Origin: Octopus sinensis | Lineage: Eukaryota | Direction of reading: 5' to 3' | Length of the DNA: 64,000 bases | NCBI RefSeq assembly: GCF_006345805.1 | Contig: NC_042998.1 | Coordinates: forward strand, 65,472,001-65,536,000 | Shown: one piece after another, positions 50,990 through 64,000 of the stretch | Numbering within the stretch: the first letter of the stretch is position 1 | Layout of the letters: every line of letters begins with the position of its first letter | The notes under the pieces: generated by a model | Database searches by the model: none | Told to the model about the DNA's origin: nothing | What the model saw: the letters and a program-made list of their open reading frames with translations, nothing else | Made by a program: the position numbers and the translations under genes

Positions 50990-53790
50990 TGGTGAAGAAG
51001 CGAGTTAGAAGGGGTTGAACATCTTTGTACCTCCTGCCGAGATTGGGCTCATCTGGGATTTCAAATAGAAATTTGTTCAGCCGCTTTTTGAACGTTTCTA
51101 CGTCTGCACGTTTGGTTCCTTCCCAGGATGCTAAAATGTGGTGTTCCTTTAAAAGAAGAAGCTACATCTTTGGTAGTTGGGGTGACATCCAGTCCGGTGG
51201 CTGGTATAGCGTTTAATTCGAAAGTTGGTAGACATACCTTCCAAGATCTTCCTTATGGATAACACTGCATACCTTTCCTGCCTTTTCTCCATGGTATAAA
51301 GCTTCAGTTCGTGTAGTCTCTTCTAGCAGCTAATCTATTTCCCCCAGTCAGTCTCTTTTTTGTGGTGGGGCTGGACTGCCTTAAAATCGGCCACCAATTT
51401 CACACTCTCTGGCGACCACAGTTGGGATCAGCGATGCTGACGACTGAGGACAAATGTTCTGAGTAGGAGTGGCAAGGTATCTTTATTTCAGGTTCTGAAT
51501 GATCTAAAGATGCATTCAGCTACTCGCCAGCACAGTGTTGCCATCCTGGCAATATTCGCATGGAATGTTGCATCACTACTCATGAAGATTTCCAGTTCAC
51601 GTGACGATTCTAATCTCGGATTGCACTGATCCATGATCCTATGTACTCCGATTGTAGCATGTCTGGGTGCCGATGTTCAGCCCATTTGTATATTGCATGG
51701 TGGTCATTTTGCAGTTTTAGTATATCATCAGCGTCCTTCGAAGACTGAGATACACTTATATCATCAGTGTAGCTGGTGAGCGTGGCTGAATGTACGACTA
51801 AAGGAATGTTTGAAAGAGGCACTACAAATAGTAGTGGTCGCAGTAGAGTTCCCTGAGGAACTCCTCTGCGAAGTGATGTCTGAACAGAGTGAGAGAGAGT
51901 GAGAGAGAGAGAGAGAGAAAGAGCATCATTGGCTTCAACTACTTAACTTCTGTCCTTTAAATGTTGTGAAACCACTCACCTAGATTTCCAGTAATAACAA
52001 GGTAGCATAGTTAGTGACATATCATTCCATGATCGACTTTGTCAAAGGTTTACACGAAGCCGAGATAAATCACTTCCATGATTGAGTGGTTAAGCTATTG
52101 TTTCAGTATCCAAACATAATGCCGTAGTAGCTGTGTGAGACAGCTCCTCTCTGAGCGTTAGCCATTCTGTTTGTTAGCAAGAGGAACGCGATCAATCTCC
52201 TCACTGCGTTCCATAACCTTGCTAAAGTGTGAAATCAGACAAGTAGGCTTGTAACTTTTAGCATCTGCTCTGCTTCCTCCTTTATTAACAAGGCATATGA
52301 TACCATTTTTTAACAGCTTGGCAAGTTTTCCACATGCAAGGAAACACTGAAAAGTAATGTTCCTCTTTTATTTCCATATAATCGATGGTTACCTTTCTCC
52401 CATGTAGGTCTGCAGTGTTGAAAAACTCTTCAGGCTCGCCTAGTTGACATTTTCCCAGTAGAGTGGATGGAGATACTCTGTAAATACTTGTTTGGTATAA
52501 TATCTATCCTCGTCGTTGGGGTGTGCAACAAGTAAGCCGTCATTTTCAAACAGTGGCCCTATTTTTTAGTATGCCGAGGCAAATTCGCGCGAATTTGTAG
52601 AGGGCTTTGGAATATATGCTTATATCTTCCACAGCCCTGGTTTCTCCTTCTACACTTTCCTTTACATGGGAGTGTCTGAGTTTATTTTTGATCTCTAACA
52701 TCTTTCTTTTATAATTGATTTCTCGCCGTTACCAGGTTGTTTATTTAACGGAGTAGATCTATTTATTGTCTGTCTCATAAGGAATCTTGCTTTTTTATGT
52801 GCTTACTTTCTTCTCAGGGACAAATTTAATGCAAATGGCTCGGACTGTTGACATGATTCCAATCATTTTCATATCAATATCTCTCATCGAGTCAGATTAA
52901 CCCAATTTTGCTGGATAATCCATATTTCAACTGGCTTCCAGTGAGCCTTGTAGCAGTCCAGGCCAGACATAATTTGGGTGCTGTCTGTGTGTTGGACCAT
53001 ACATTGTCAGTACTACCATATGGTCTGAGAAGATTGCCAAAGTTATCTTCACGTTTTGAATAAGACCTACGTCAGGGAAACATAGATCTATACTATCATT
53101 CTAGGTTGGGGATTATATTCTTTGCTACATGAAGAATATTTTTGTGAGGTCAAGTAGAGATTTTGTTTGGTTGCATTCTTTGCATGACATCCCTGGTCTT
53201 TGCATGACATCCAGGGTCTACAGGCCATTTCATGTTCGGGAAGTTGAAGTCACCCATCAGAAGTATATTAACGCATTTATCCAGTTTTGTTACTTTTTCT
53301 TTTATCAATGTAAGACTTTCCTCAAATTTACTGTCATGATTCGAGGCATCTGGCTGGCGATACATTGTTCTTATTACCACATGAAGTCGCATTTAATGCA
53401 CTATAACTCTCTCACAGACCGAGGTGTGTGTGACAACAGAGTTAGTTTTGTGAATCTTCACGGATGTACAATGCAACTCCACCGTGACTTCTTCCGTTTC
53501 TGTCTGCACGGTACACAAGATACATTCGTATGAATATTTCTACGTCATTTATATCAACTGAGAGATGTTCTTTTGTAAGTACAATGAATATCGCTTGATT
53601 GTATGCAGACACAGCTCTCAGATATGCAATTTTTGGATTGCTGTTGTTTTTTTGGAGGTCCCTAATATTTATTAAATGAAATTGTGTGATTGCCGGATTC
53701 GCAGCAATGGTGGTCATCCTAGATCTGTTGTTGGTGGCTGCCTTTTATGAGGAATGTGGTGGTGTGTGGTCTAGATGTGCTTTCAACCAT
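50990..53790 (-). mobile_element. CR1-clade LINE ORF2, heavily decayed
   Basis: APE motifs HLINIRDL, RADRNGRSHGGVALYI, MYRQP, LLMGDFNFP; RT motifs TFDKVDHG, GVPQGTLLRPLLF, YTDD; C-terminal FKKRLNKFLFEIPDEP; many stops; (AG)n inserted at 51888-51921. Confidence 0.88.
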
Positions 53791-53839
53791 GCCTGTTGCT
53801 AAATATCTTTTATGCTATACCTAAAATATTTTACACGAC

Positions 53840-53995
53840 AGGGCTTCTTTCAGTTTCTATTCACTAAATCCACAGGGAAGGGGTTAGTCAGCCCAATACT
53901 ATAGAAAACATACGCCCCAGTTGCCACGCAGCGGGATTGAAACCAGAACTATGGGGTTGGGAAGCAAACGACTTACCACACAACCACATTTGCGC
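53840..53995 (-). mobile_element. SINE family A head
   Basis: gccacgcagcgggattgaaaccagaactatggggttgggaagcaaacgacttaccacacaaccac. Confidence 0.7.
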
Positions 53996-54085
53996 CCAGG
54001 TGTGTATATGTGTGGGTGTATATATATATATATATATTATATATGTAATATATATATATATATATTATATATATATATATATAAC

Positions 54086-54188
<103 letters not shown>

Positions 54189-54869
54189 CACGTGTGAGTA
54201 TGCGCGCCTGAGTTTGTGTGTTTGTGTATGTGTTTGTGTGTGTATGTGTATGTGTGTGTGTTTGTATTTATATACAGAAAGACGCAGACTGATACACAAC
54301 ATAAGGAAAACGAAAAAGGAGAAAAGAGAAAGGAAAGATTGAAAATATATTTTATAAAGCCATATAACATGGAATTTTATTTAAAATTATTACGCATTAA
54401 AAATGTTCAAGTATGCGATTGTTTCCAAAAGATTACAATTATATTTGAAGTAGTATAATGAAAGAAAAGCATCACAGAAATATTTCTCAAATAGTGTTTT
54501 TAAGAGATAGCTTTCCTACATTCTGCTGTGTTATTATAAATTACTTTCGAAATGATTACATTCATATCTGAAGCAGCATAGTGAAAGAGTAGTATTACAG
54601 AAATATTCATGAAATGGTGTTCTTAAAAGAAAACGTCCACACATTTGCTATGTTAATCTTAACAGATTAATTATTGCAGACTCCAACTAACCTGTTAGTT
54701 CTAACACCTGCTGGAAAAATACATAGCATTCAGATATTGTACGATACATCGAAATTTATTTACTCATCGTTTAATTACGATGTGTGGAAGTTCAGTAAGA
54801 AATACGAGTAGATGTAATCGTTTATAAACGTTCTAAAATGCTCAATATGTTTTGTATACTACCTGCTCA

Positions 54870-55250
54870 TGGCACTCCGTCTGTTACGACAACGTGGGTT
54901 ACAGGTGATACGATCAACGGAACAGCCTGCTCGTGAAATTAACGTGCAAGTTATTAGCAAGCACTCCACAGACCCGTGTACCCTTAACGTAGTTCTCGGG
55001 GAGATTCAGCGTGAGAGTGTGTGACAAGGCTGACCCTTTGAAATACTGGTACAACAGAAGCAGGAAGAAAGAGTGAGACAAAGTTGTGGTGAAAGAGTAC
55101 AGCAGGCTTCGCCACCACCCCTGCTACTGTCTCGTGGAGCCTTAAGTGTTTTCGCTCAATATACACTCACAACGCCCGTTCTAGGAATCGAAACCGCGAT
55201 CCTACGACCTCAAGTCCGCTGCCCTAACCACTGGGTCGTTGCGCCTCCAC
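54870..55250 (-). mobile_element. tRNA-derived SINE family D, full length
   Basis: Head gtggaggcgcaacgacccagtggttagggcagcggac...ggtttcgattcc. Confidence 0.88.
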
Positions 55251-55316
55251 TAATCCTTATTAATACTATAAGTGTGCGCACGCGCATGTATAAAGGTTAG
55301 TGAAAATATGTCTGGA

Positions 55317-55575
55317 CCATATTTCAACTTCCAAAAGCCGAATTCAGTGCAGTTACCATGGAGATATCTCTTATGGCACAGAGGTGTGAAAAAAAAACCC
55401 GGTTTGTTCAGTTGCACAATCTATCAGGAATCCCAGATCGTTTGTTACATATTTCAACTGCTAAAAGGCAAATTCACTGTAGTTACCGCATAGAAAATAT
55501 CTCTCGTATAGAAAAGAGGAGTGAAAACACCCGGTTTCTTTAGTTTCACCATCTGTTAGCATTCCCAGACATCGA
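55317..55575. repeat. Two diverged tandem copies of a ~130-bp unit; partial third copy near 57295-57360
   Basis: catatttcaact..aaaag.c.aattca.tg.agttacc...atatctc...acccggttt...tcccaga at 55317 and 55448. Confidence 0.7.
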
Positions 55576-55799
55576 CGTTTCGAGTTTTTTGATTCTGGTC
55601 AACGGGATATACCTAAGAGAGGATTCTTTATTACGATAATTATACATGTCACATAGATGGGTCATCACAATCAAATAGTGCGTATATGAGTTCTTTTGAA
55701 AGTGATTTTAAAATTATGATGATGAATGTTATATTTTATAAATTTACAAGTTTTACATGTTTACCCTTAGTCATGAAGCCAAATGGCTACACCATACTT

Positions 55800-57175
55800 T
55801 TCTATCATGGATAAGATTAATTAGGCCCATTCGTACCCAACTTCCTAGCTACATCCTTCCATCTTTTCTTGAATATACTTCGCGACAGGTGTTTCCTCTC
55901 TAGTCCTATTTTGTTCTTCAGATGATTAATATAGCAAACAAGGGCCGGAGGTGAAAATCCCCGTCGCCTCTCCTTCGATTCTAATTTTCCATATACACAC
56001 TTTCAATATTGTGACTGTGCATAAAAAAACATGCCTCACCTTCTTTTCATAGTCCGGGTGGCGGTACAACCACGTTCATCGACTCAGCAGACAGTTGTAC
56101 TCTTCCTAGATGCGACAGCCATGTTCCACATAAATTATCAAGCCCTAAATCTCTGGGCACTGTACAAGGGCGTACAGAACGTTTTCATCGGTCTGCCCGC
56201 ACCGTGAGCATGCTCATGGCACAGAAATCTGTGTCTAGACAATTTGTCGCGAATAGGTAACGCACTCCTTATAGCACTGCCAGGTACCCGGGCCCAAAAG
56301 TTCTTTGAAACAGGTTGGCTAGATGGCCCTCATCGAACCCCAGAGCTTCTCCTAAGATAGCATCCCTCTTAAACTCTACCAGCTCTCTATAGAATACCGA
56401 GGTAGTATTCCCGCTGCCGGCCTTGCCCGCCTTATGGATTAGCAAGAGGGCCTGTCGGCACTCCTTTTCCTATTCAGTTGTGTTACTTCTTGTAATGAAG
56501 TTGTGTTTGAGTCCCAACAAGGATGCCAGTCGCGGAAAGAATTTATCTGCCAGCGAATTCCACAACTGGTCACCATCCAGATAGAGCCAGATGTGCCTTA
56601 GCTTCAACGCATTCCTGCACATCATTAGCTACGGCTTCCCTAACACACCCTTTAGCGGTTCTTGACAGGAAACACAGCACATCACAAACGGTTCTCCTCC
56701 CCACAACAAAACGCGGAGGAGAAAGCGTCCCAACTTGCTTAGCCACGAATCACAGCAAGGGACAACGGTCATGCAGTAGTTAATAACAGATGCAATATAC
56801 ACCTGCACCCTCTCCGTCCTCCCTTTCTGGGATCCAGACCAGGTCCGGATGAGGGTCTCCACCCTATCTCCCACCTCACTCCAATTCTTCTCCGTCTGGG
56901 ATTCCGGTTCAAACAAGACTCCAAGCAACTTGACAGGACCTCTCATCGAGTGTCCCACGAAACTGGACGTTATCGTCCTGTCATTCCAGATGCCAAGCCG
57001 CAAGCCGACAGACTTGAATTTGCTAACTTTTGCTCCTGCCACCACCTCATATACTTTGATTGCATCTTCTACACAAGGTAGCTAAGCTTTAACGGACACG
57101 GTGATGGTGACGTCATTCGCATATGCAGAAACAGATTCACCACATCCCAATTCAGTGGAGATGCCCCTCAAACTC
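55800..57175 (-). mobile_element. Second, more decayed Tx1-like LINE 3' fragment
   Basis: LGCGESVSAYANDV, AGAKVSKFKSVGLRLGIW, GPVKLLGVLF and HLKNKIGLERKHLS parallel the element at 44570-45910. Confidence 0.88.
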
Positions 57176-58089
57176 TGTCAACGTTGTTGACTGATTTGCG
57201 TTCGTATATCGCCCGATCGAGGAAAATTACGAAATAATATCGCCAATCAGTGTTTAGCATAAACAAAATTTTTGTTAATTAAAATATGTTTGAAACATAT
57301 TTCAACAGATAAAAGGCAGTTACCGTGTAGAAAATATCCCTCTTATGGTAAAATGGCGTGATATCCATAAAACTTCTCTGGATAGAATGTGGAAATAGGA
57401 GAATATCTTTAGAGTATACCCGAACAAATTTTAATGCGAAAGCTGGATTGAATATGTTTTATTACAAATCATTAGAATCGTTTCAATGCATTATTATCAA
57501 CCACCAATTGCGGAAAGTTACGTAAATTATACGCAACGTTTTCAAATAAAACTGTATGGACATCTTTTGCTGATCAAAGTCAAAGCTCTGCTATATCAAC
57601 TATAGTTTCTCCACATTATACCCGAACAAAATGCTGTTTATAGAATTCAACTGACAAAAGGAGAATAAGGAAATACAAAGAAATACAAGCGAGAAAACCA
57701 CCAACAAAAAATGATGGAAGTAAAAAAAATAATGAGTAGTAAAAGCACATGATGATTCGATCTCTAGCCAAAGACTTGTTTGTGTTTCAGAAAAATATAA
57801 AGAACATTTAAATATAAGATTGTCATAAAAAGAAAGCCTTTAACAGCTTACTGTCTCTTGTACCTTTTGTTGTAGAACTTCAAAGAAACTAGTCCCTTCC
57901 CTTACTCGGCGGGGCGCCCAAAACTTACGAACTTATTTTTAGACAGATAGTATCACTACTTTTATACTTTGATGGATTTCCGTCAGTACTGGCCAATAGT
58001 CTAACCTAATAGCATCACTGTTACTTTTCAAGTCATTAAGAGTCGATTAATTTATCAGGTTTTCACACACACATAAACACATACACACA

Positions 58090-58126
<37 letters not shown>

Positions 58127-58300
58127 CCTCTCTCGCTCTCTCTCACACACACACTCACTCACGCACACGTACATATACATACATGTGTATATACATAAAT
58201 ATATTTATCGAACCGTGCACTCTCTTTTTCCCTTTATGATGAATGTGTACCCATTCATGCTATTCAGCTTATGAGACCTACATTCCCGCTCATATACTCA

Positions 58301-58505
58301 TTTACTCTCTTTTTCTCTTTTACGTGTTTCAATCATTTGGCTGTAGCAATGCTGGAGCACCGCCTTTAGTCGAGTTAATCGACCCCACGACTTATTCTTT
58401 GTAAGACTTATTCTATCGGTCACTTTTGCCGAACCGCTAAGTTACAGAGACGTAAACACACCATCATCGGTTGTCGAGCGATGATGGGGGACAAACACAG
58501 ACACA

Positions 58506-58562
<57 letters not shown>

Positions 58563-58693
58563 CTATATATATATATATATATATATATACGACGGGCTTC
58601 TTTCAGTTTCCGTCTACCAAATCAACTCACATGGATTTGGTCGGCCCATGGCTATAGTAGAAGACACATGCCCAACATGCCACGCAGTGGGAC
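58301..58693 (-). mobile_element. SINE family A with internal (CA)n(TA)n
   Basis: Tail 58301-58495, microsatellite 58495-58590, head 58590-58693. Confidence 0.88.
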
Positions 58694-59159
58694 TTTCTTT
58701 TTTCTATTTATATCTACTCTTCTGTAATTATGAGTTTATGCTCAAGAGAAATCTTTAAGTCTGTACGAGAGATGTATGAGGCCTGTCCATACATACCTAG
58801 AGACCATAATATATCTATTAGTGTATAATAATACGGTTACGAATTTGTCTACAAGATTCCTGAAGTGGAATCGCGTCCTGAAACAAATATTGTTATATCT
58901 GGCATGGTCATTCGTTTGCCTTGTCAAAGAAACACACGCACTATTTATTCGATATTCACTTGTTTATTATTATTGTACTTACTCTACATCCTTTGTCTGA
59001 AACATTTCGTCACAAATCCTATGGACATAAAATGGACAATAGTCATAAGTTACGTATAATAATAAACGAGTGAAAAACGAATATATGTTGTTAGTGTTTA
59101 ATTGTCCTAAAGGAAATGACCGCAACGAAATATAACAATAATGCATAATACTATAAAAA

Positions 59160-59385
59160 GTGGACTGTGTGTTGTGTTTTTGAGCAAGACACTTGCAGAA
59201 ATGTGTTGCGATGTTATTGGTACCAAGTTGTATCGGGCTTTGCCATTCCCTTCGAAAACATCGGTGGCGCGGAGGGGGTGGTGGCTGGAAGGCATGAGTG
59301 ACTCCTGGTCTACAATAAAGCACCTTGGCAAGACTTGTGTCTCGGAGGGGAACTTTCTGGATGAGACTCCAGTACGTCGCTGGTA
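59160..59385 (+). mobile_element. Degenerate SINE family C
   Basis: gttgtgtttttgagcaagacactt...ccaagttgtatcgggctttgcc.ttccctt. Confidence 0.65.
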
Positions 59386-59679
59386 ATTATTATATTGACC
59401 CTCAAAGGATGGAAGTCAAAGATAACCACGGGGGCATTTGAACTCAAAGGAGAAAACAAATATGTGAATTTAGACTCCATTCAAAATGGGGTCATAACCC
59501 CGAAATATTGAATACAAGGTAAGTCTACATTAATTTATATATTTGTTTTCTAGTGATTTACCTTGCATTTTCTTCGCATTGTTTTGGCCTTGCCCACGAT
59601 CCTTTATATAATATCTTCTACACAACACAATGCTTAATAGTAATTATTCCATATATATATATAAATGATATATATAAAC

Positions 59680-59723
<44 letters not shown>

Positions 59724-59758
59724 CACCACACATATATATATATATATATATAATTATT

Positions 59759-59792
<34 letters not shown>

Positions 59793-59799
59793 ATCTATA

Positions 59800-59834
<35 letters not shown>

Positions 59835-59859
59835 CAGATTCTCCTTTAAGCATTTACTA

Positions 59860-60900
59860 ACAATTTGCTCCAATTGTTATTGGTATGAATACGAATTCAT
59901 AATCTGGATACAGAAACTGGAAGTTTCGAAACAGTTATCTTTTTCTTTGATTTTCAAATAGATATTTATATCTGCAGAGCAGCTAAATTCTAGGATGGAA
60001 TATACCTTTGTCCCAAACAACGATATCTGGCCTGATATGTTTACATTCGATAGATGTTTTGATCGGAATACTCCAACAGTATTCCTTGAGTTTGTATTTA
60101 TGAATGCATCCTATAACACAGGGAGTTTCTAAATATATTTCAGGGCAGTCTTTTTTGCGGATGGCATTGTAAATTGCTTTATCCACAACATTGTGCCGCA
60201 TAGGTGGGTAGTAACATGATGACATTTTAGGACAGCTGCTACTCACGTGCGTGATATTTTTCCACAGAAACATGACATAGCCTACACATGCGGTTGCGCC
60301 TTGGGATTACAAGATCATCACTGTCTCTCTTGTTCCTGGATTGCAAACTTATAGTCCTCAAACTATGATGTGATGTAGGGGTTTTGTGTCCAAGAGAGGC
60401 TGCGCTTCGGGTCAAATCTACTGTCTCTTTCAAGCTTCCGGACAGTCATTTTTTGTATGCTGGTTGCTTTCCATCCAGATCTTCTCTGAGATAAGAGAGC
60501 CCAGCTGTTTGGGGCTGTATAGGAGATCATCAAGAAGAGATGCTTCTTGGGGAGCTCACTGCTAACTCGTACAATGTTGCTCTCTGCACTTTTTAAGAAT
60601 TGCATTAATATATTTATTTTTGCTGCTGGTGTTCTGCAGGTGATACTTATGCGATACCAGACGGCATTTGAAGGCCGTCTTCACTAATCTCAGGCCTCTA
60701 TCACCATTTTTTTCTTAGGTAGGGACTGTCAACATCACTGATTCTGTGGAAGTTCCCAATTGTTGTCAGGATTTTGCGTGTTGTGATAGGTAGAAGATTT
60801 CCTCTACAGACGAATGAAGTATCCCAAATTTTGGGATCATGTATGTGTGTATTGTTAACTTCGATTACTGATGACCTTGAAACGTCTCTCAAATAGACTA
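59860..60900 (-). mobile_element. Decayed RLE-type LINE fragment (zinc knuckle + PD-(D/E)xK endonuclease)
   Basis: CRLCHVSVE..HVSSSC, RHNVV, RPDIVVWD, EFSCSAD; many stops and frameshifts. Confidence 0.75.
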
Positions 60901-61741
60901 GAAACAGAGGTGTATAGGTAAGAGAGTCGTAAAGGTACGTGACATTTTATACCTCTATACGTATAGAGCCTTCTCGCTAGGTCATCCCGGAAGGAAGCAG
61001 GAATATACAGACAAATAGTGAATGCAGCAGGGCGTTGCAACGGCGCATATCTCACATCTGCTCTGACCTGTTCTGATCTAAAGGACCTATAGGTGTTCAA
61101 ATAAAACTAGTAATTAAAAAGGGAAGGAACAGTGAAAATTGTAATAAATCTTTATATTTTAAAGTGTACTCATGTTATACGGAATAGAAATTAGTCTAAT
61201 GAGGAACAACTGATAGAAAAATTAGAAGAAAACATTAACAGATTAGAAGAGGCGGGCAGATATTTATTGTAAGTATTTATATGAGAATGTTGTAGAAAGG
61301 TGTCTTCCTCAAGACAGAAATGCATAAAATTATAGGCATGCTAATGTTAATTAAGTGAAGAGGTTCCATAATAGTTTCAATTAAACGTAATAAAAATTGT
61401 AGAGAGATATGAGAGTGGATTTATTGGGGAGCGGGGAGAAAACGAGACAGGGAATTGGGTGAGAAAGGAATATGGAAGAGGATAATGGACAAAAGTTAAT
61501 TACGACAAAGCTGGGGGAAAGAAGAATGAAAATAAGAGGAGGGGGTGTAGGGGAGTGGATGAGGTGGAGGGAAGAGGAGACGGAGAAGAAAGAGAATAAG
61601 AAGGAGAAGAAGACGAAGACGAATAAAAAGAAAGAAGGAAAGAAGTAGCCAAAGAAGAAGCGAGTGAAAAGGAGAAGTAATAGACAAAGAAAAAAGAAGA
61701 TAAAAAAAGTGAAAGAAGACTAGAGAGAAGAGAACAACAAA

Positions 61742-62055
61742 AAGGAACCACGACGACGACGAAAACAACGACGACGATGACGACGAAGAAGAAGAAGAAG
61801 AAGAAGAAGAAGAAGAAGAAGAAGAAGAAGAAGAGAGAAGAAGAAGAAGCGAAGAAGAAGAAGAAAAAGAAGAAGAAGAAGAAGGAGAAGAAGAAGAAGA
61901 GAAGAAGAAGAAGAAGAGAAGAAGAAAGAAGAAGAAGAAGAAGAAGAAGAAGAAGAAGAAGAAGAAGAGAAGAGAAGAAGAGAGAAAGAAGAAAAAGAAG
62001 AGACAGAAAAGAAGAAGAAAGAAGAAGAAGAAGAAGAAGAAGAAGAAGAGAAGAA
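61742..62055. repeat. (GAC)n/(GAA)n purine-rich microsatellite
   Basis: Direct reading; explains poly-K/R and poly-L/F ORFs. Confidence 0.95.
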
Positions 62056-63898
62056 TTGTTCAGCAAAAGATAATTAACAGACTAATTGTTGGGGTTTTGC
62101 AGAATGGCGGAAAGAAATGGGGAAACAAGATGAATAATTAAGACAGATGAAGAACTAAAATCGATAGTTTTTAAAAGTAATTTGAAGCTCACGTCATTGG
62201 AGTCGGCAGGTGTTAATTATGTTTAAGGGAAAAATTTAGACTAAACACTAATATCGGTGTTCTGAAAGGAATTTCATGTTATATAACGTTCAGCGTGCTT
62301 CATTTATAGAGAACGACAAAACATGTTTTAATAAGATGAATAAAACATTTTAGATGTTTCTGACGAGAATCCAGAAACCACGATTTGTTCAACGTGATGC
62401 TCGATATTTATTCAAAACCTGGTTAATATATACTAATCTGTAACAAACAATGTTTCAGTGTTTTAGATTGATGTTGCAAGGCCATTATAGTTTATATAAT
62501 TCATTATTAAGCTGATCACCTTTATTTCCTCCTATTATTTTTTTTTGGTGATTGTTATTAGATTATTTTCCATTGATTATGTTACCATTTCTATATTAAT
62601 TGGGGTTTTTCGTCTTGGTAAAATATTTCCTTCTAGTATATGCGCGCACACACACACATGCACACACACAGACACACACACATGTATATATGCATGTGTC
62701 AGTACACGCATATATGTGTGTGTGTGCGCGCATATATGTGTGTATGTGTGTATGTGAGGGTGCTATTAACTGTTTATACATGCGTGTGCAAAGGAAGATA
62801 TAAGACAGTTGCGTAATATGTGAGGAACGGAGGGCGGTGAGCTGCCAGAAACGTTAGCACGCATACACATATACATATACATACATACATACACATATAT
62901 ATATGTGTTTGTGTGTGTGTGTGTGCGTGTGTGTGTGTGTGTGTGGTGTGTGTGTGTGTGTGTGTGTTATTGGAAAGCAATACATTTGTATTGCAATATT
63001 TAATTTTTTCATTGGAAACTTTTCAGTTCTCGGTTCTGATAAGGGCAAGGCGTTCAAGCGAGTATTGATGTAGCAACATTTGAAATATTGTCCAGCTAAA
63101 TGTAGCAGTAATAGACTAAACGAATTTACGATAACAAACGTATTTGAAGAGTCCGAGATCAAGGTACTGGATTATCCGATTCTCGGTTGTCCATTTATCT
63201 AATATTCTTCCTCGCTGCCAATATATGTACAGTGGAGATTTACTTTAGCGTCGTAAATTTATCGACTGCTATTTCCATTAAACGTTGGTGCCTTGTTGTA
63301 CCACTACTCTCTCTATATATATGTGTGTGTGTGTGTGTATTTAGACACACAGACCAAATTGATCATCAATGTCCATTTCATTAATGCTACAAAAAATTTC
63401 CAATATGAAATTATGTGTTCTAAATAATCAGTGACACGATAGCAAGAGTTATAAAAACACCATTTTCAAATGAGGAATTGAATCTTTCTCACAGAAATTT
63501 TAGTAAAACTAATTTGCAGTGAGCCCAGTGTCTTACATTATGTTCGCTTACATTAACAGATTTAGAATGGAATATCCTTATCCCTTCTTGTGGTATTGGT
63601 AACTTATTCTAATATTCTTGTAATTATATTTGTGTTCGAAACGATTATTTTCCTCATTTATCTTTGTATGAACACGAATATGTTCTTTCATTGACAATAC
63701 GCTAATACTTAATGGGGAAACAACGTATTATTCATACATTTCATAAATAATATGTTCACATTTTGTAATTAGTACTTAAATTGGAAATTGAAGAATTGAA
63801 CAAAACTAATACACATATCTTTGTTTCGTAGGAGTACTTCCTATTCAAATGTGCTGAACAAACCACACAAAATTCAAATATACATATATATATATGTT

Positions 63899-63947
<49 letters not shown>

Positions 63948-64000
63948 TGAGAGAGAGAGAGAGAACGAGACATATATATATATGCGCGTATGTGTTTGTG

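Noticed and set aside
61496-62073. Poly-K/R and poly-L/F ORFs
   Set aside because: They are translations of the (GAA)n microsatellite.
62359-62385. CTGACGA-gaatcca-GAAA as a hammerhead
   Set aside because: None of the three stems forms.

Overview
Eukaryotic, AT-rich, repeat-dominated intergenic or intronic DNA. No host protein-coding gene can be confidently identified. The SINE families and the dense (AT)n/(CA)n/(GATA)n/(AAT)n microsatellites resemble octopus (coleoid cephalopod) genomic DNA; this is an inference from pattern recognition, not a database result. Main contents: (1) a ~10.7 kb array of a 116-bp satellite (~88 monomers, local higher-order repeats) lying between a Helitron-like 5' end (6144) and a Helitron 3' end (18201); (2) decayed non-LTR retrotransposons: an R4/Dong-like RLE LINE, a Tx1/L1-clade LINE, a CR1-clade LINE and further fragments; (3) several tRNA-derived SINE families; (4) at least seven minimal hammerhead-ribozyme (HHR) motifs in unrelated repeats, most in inverted-repeat arrangements typical of Penelope-like element (PLE) ends. 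The best candidate for an undescribed system is a tRNA-headed, (AAT)n-containing, HHR-bearing short element with an inverted terminal copy, which an R4/Dong LINE has split at the head/microsatellite junction. Most ORFs in the supplied track are microsatellite artefacts.
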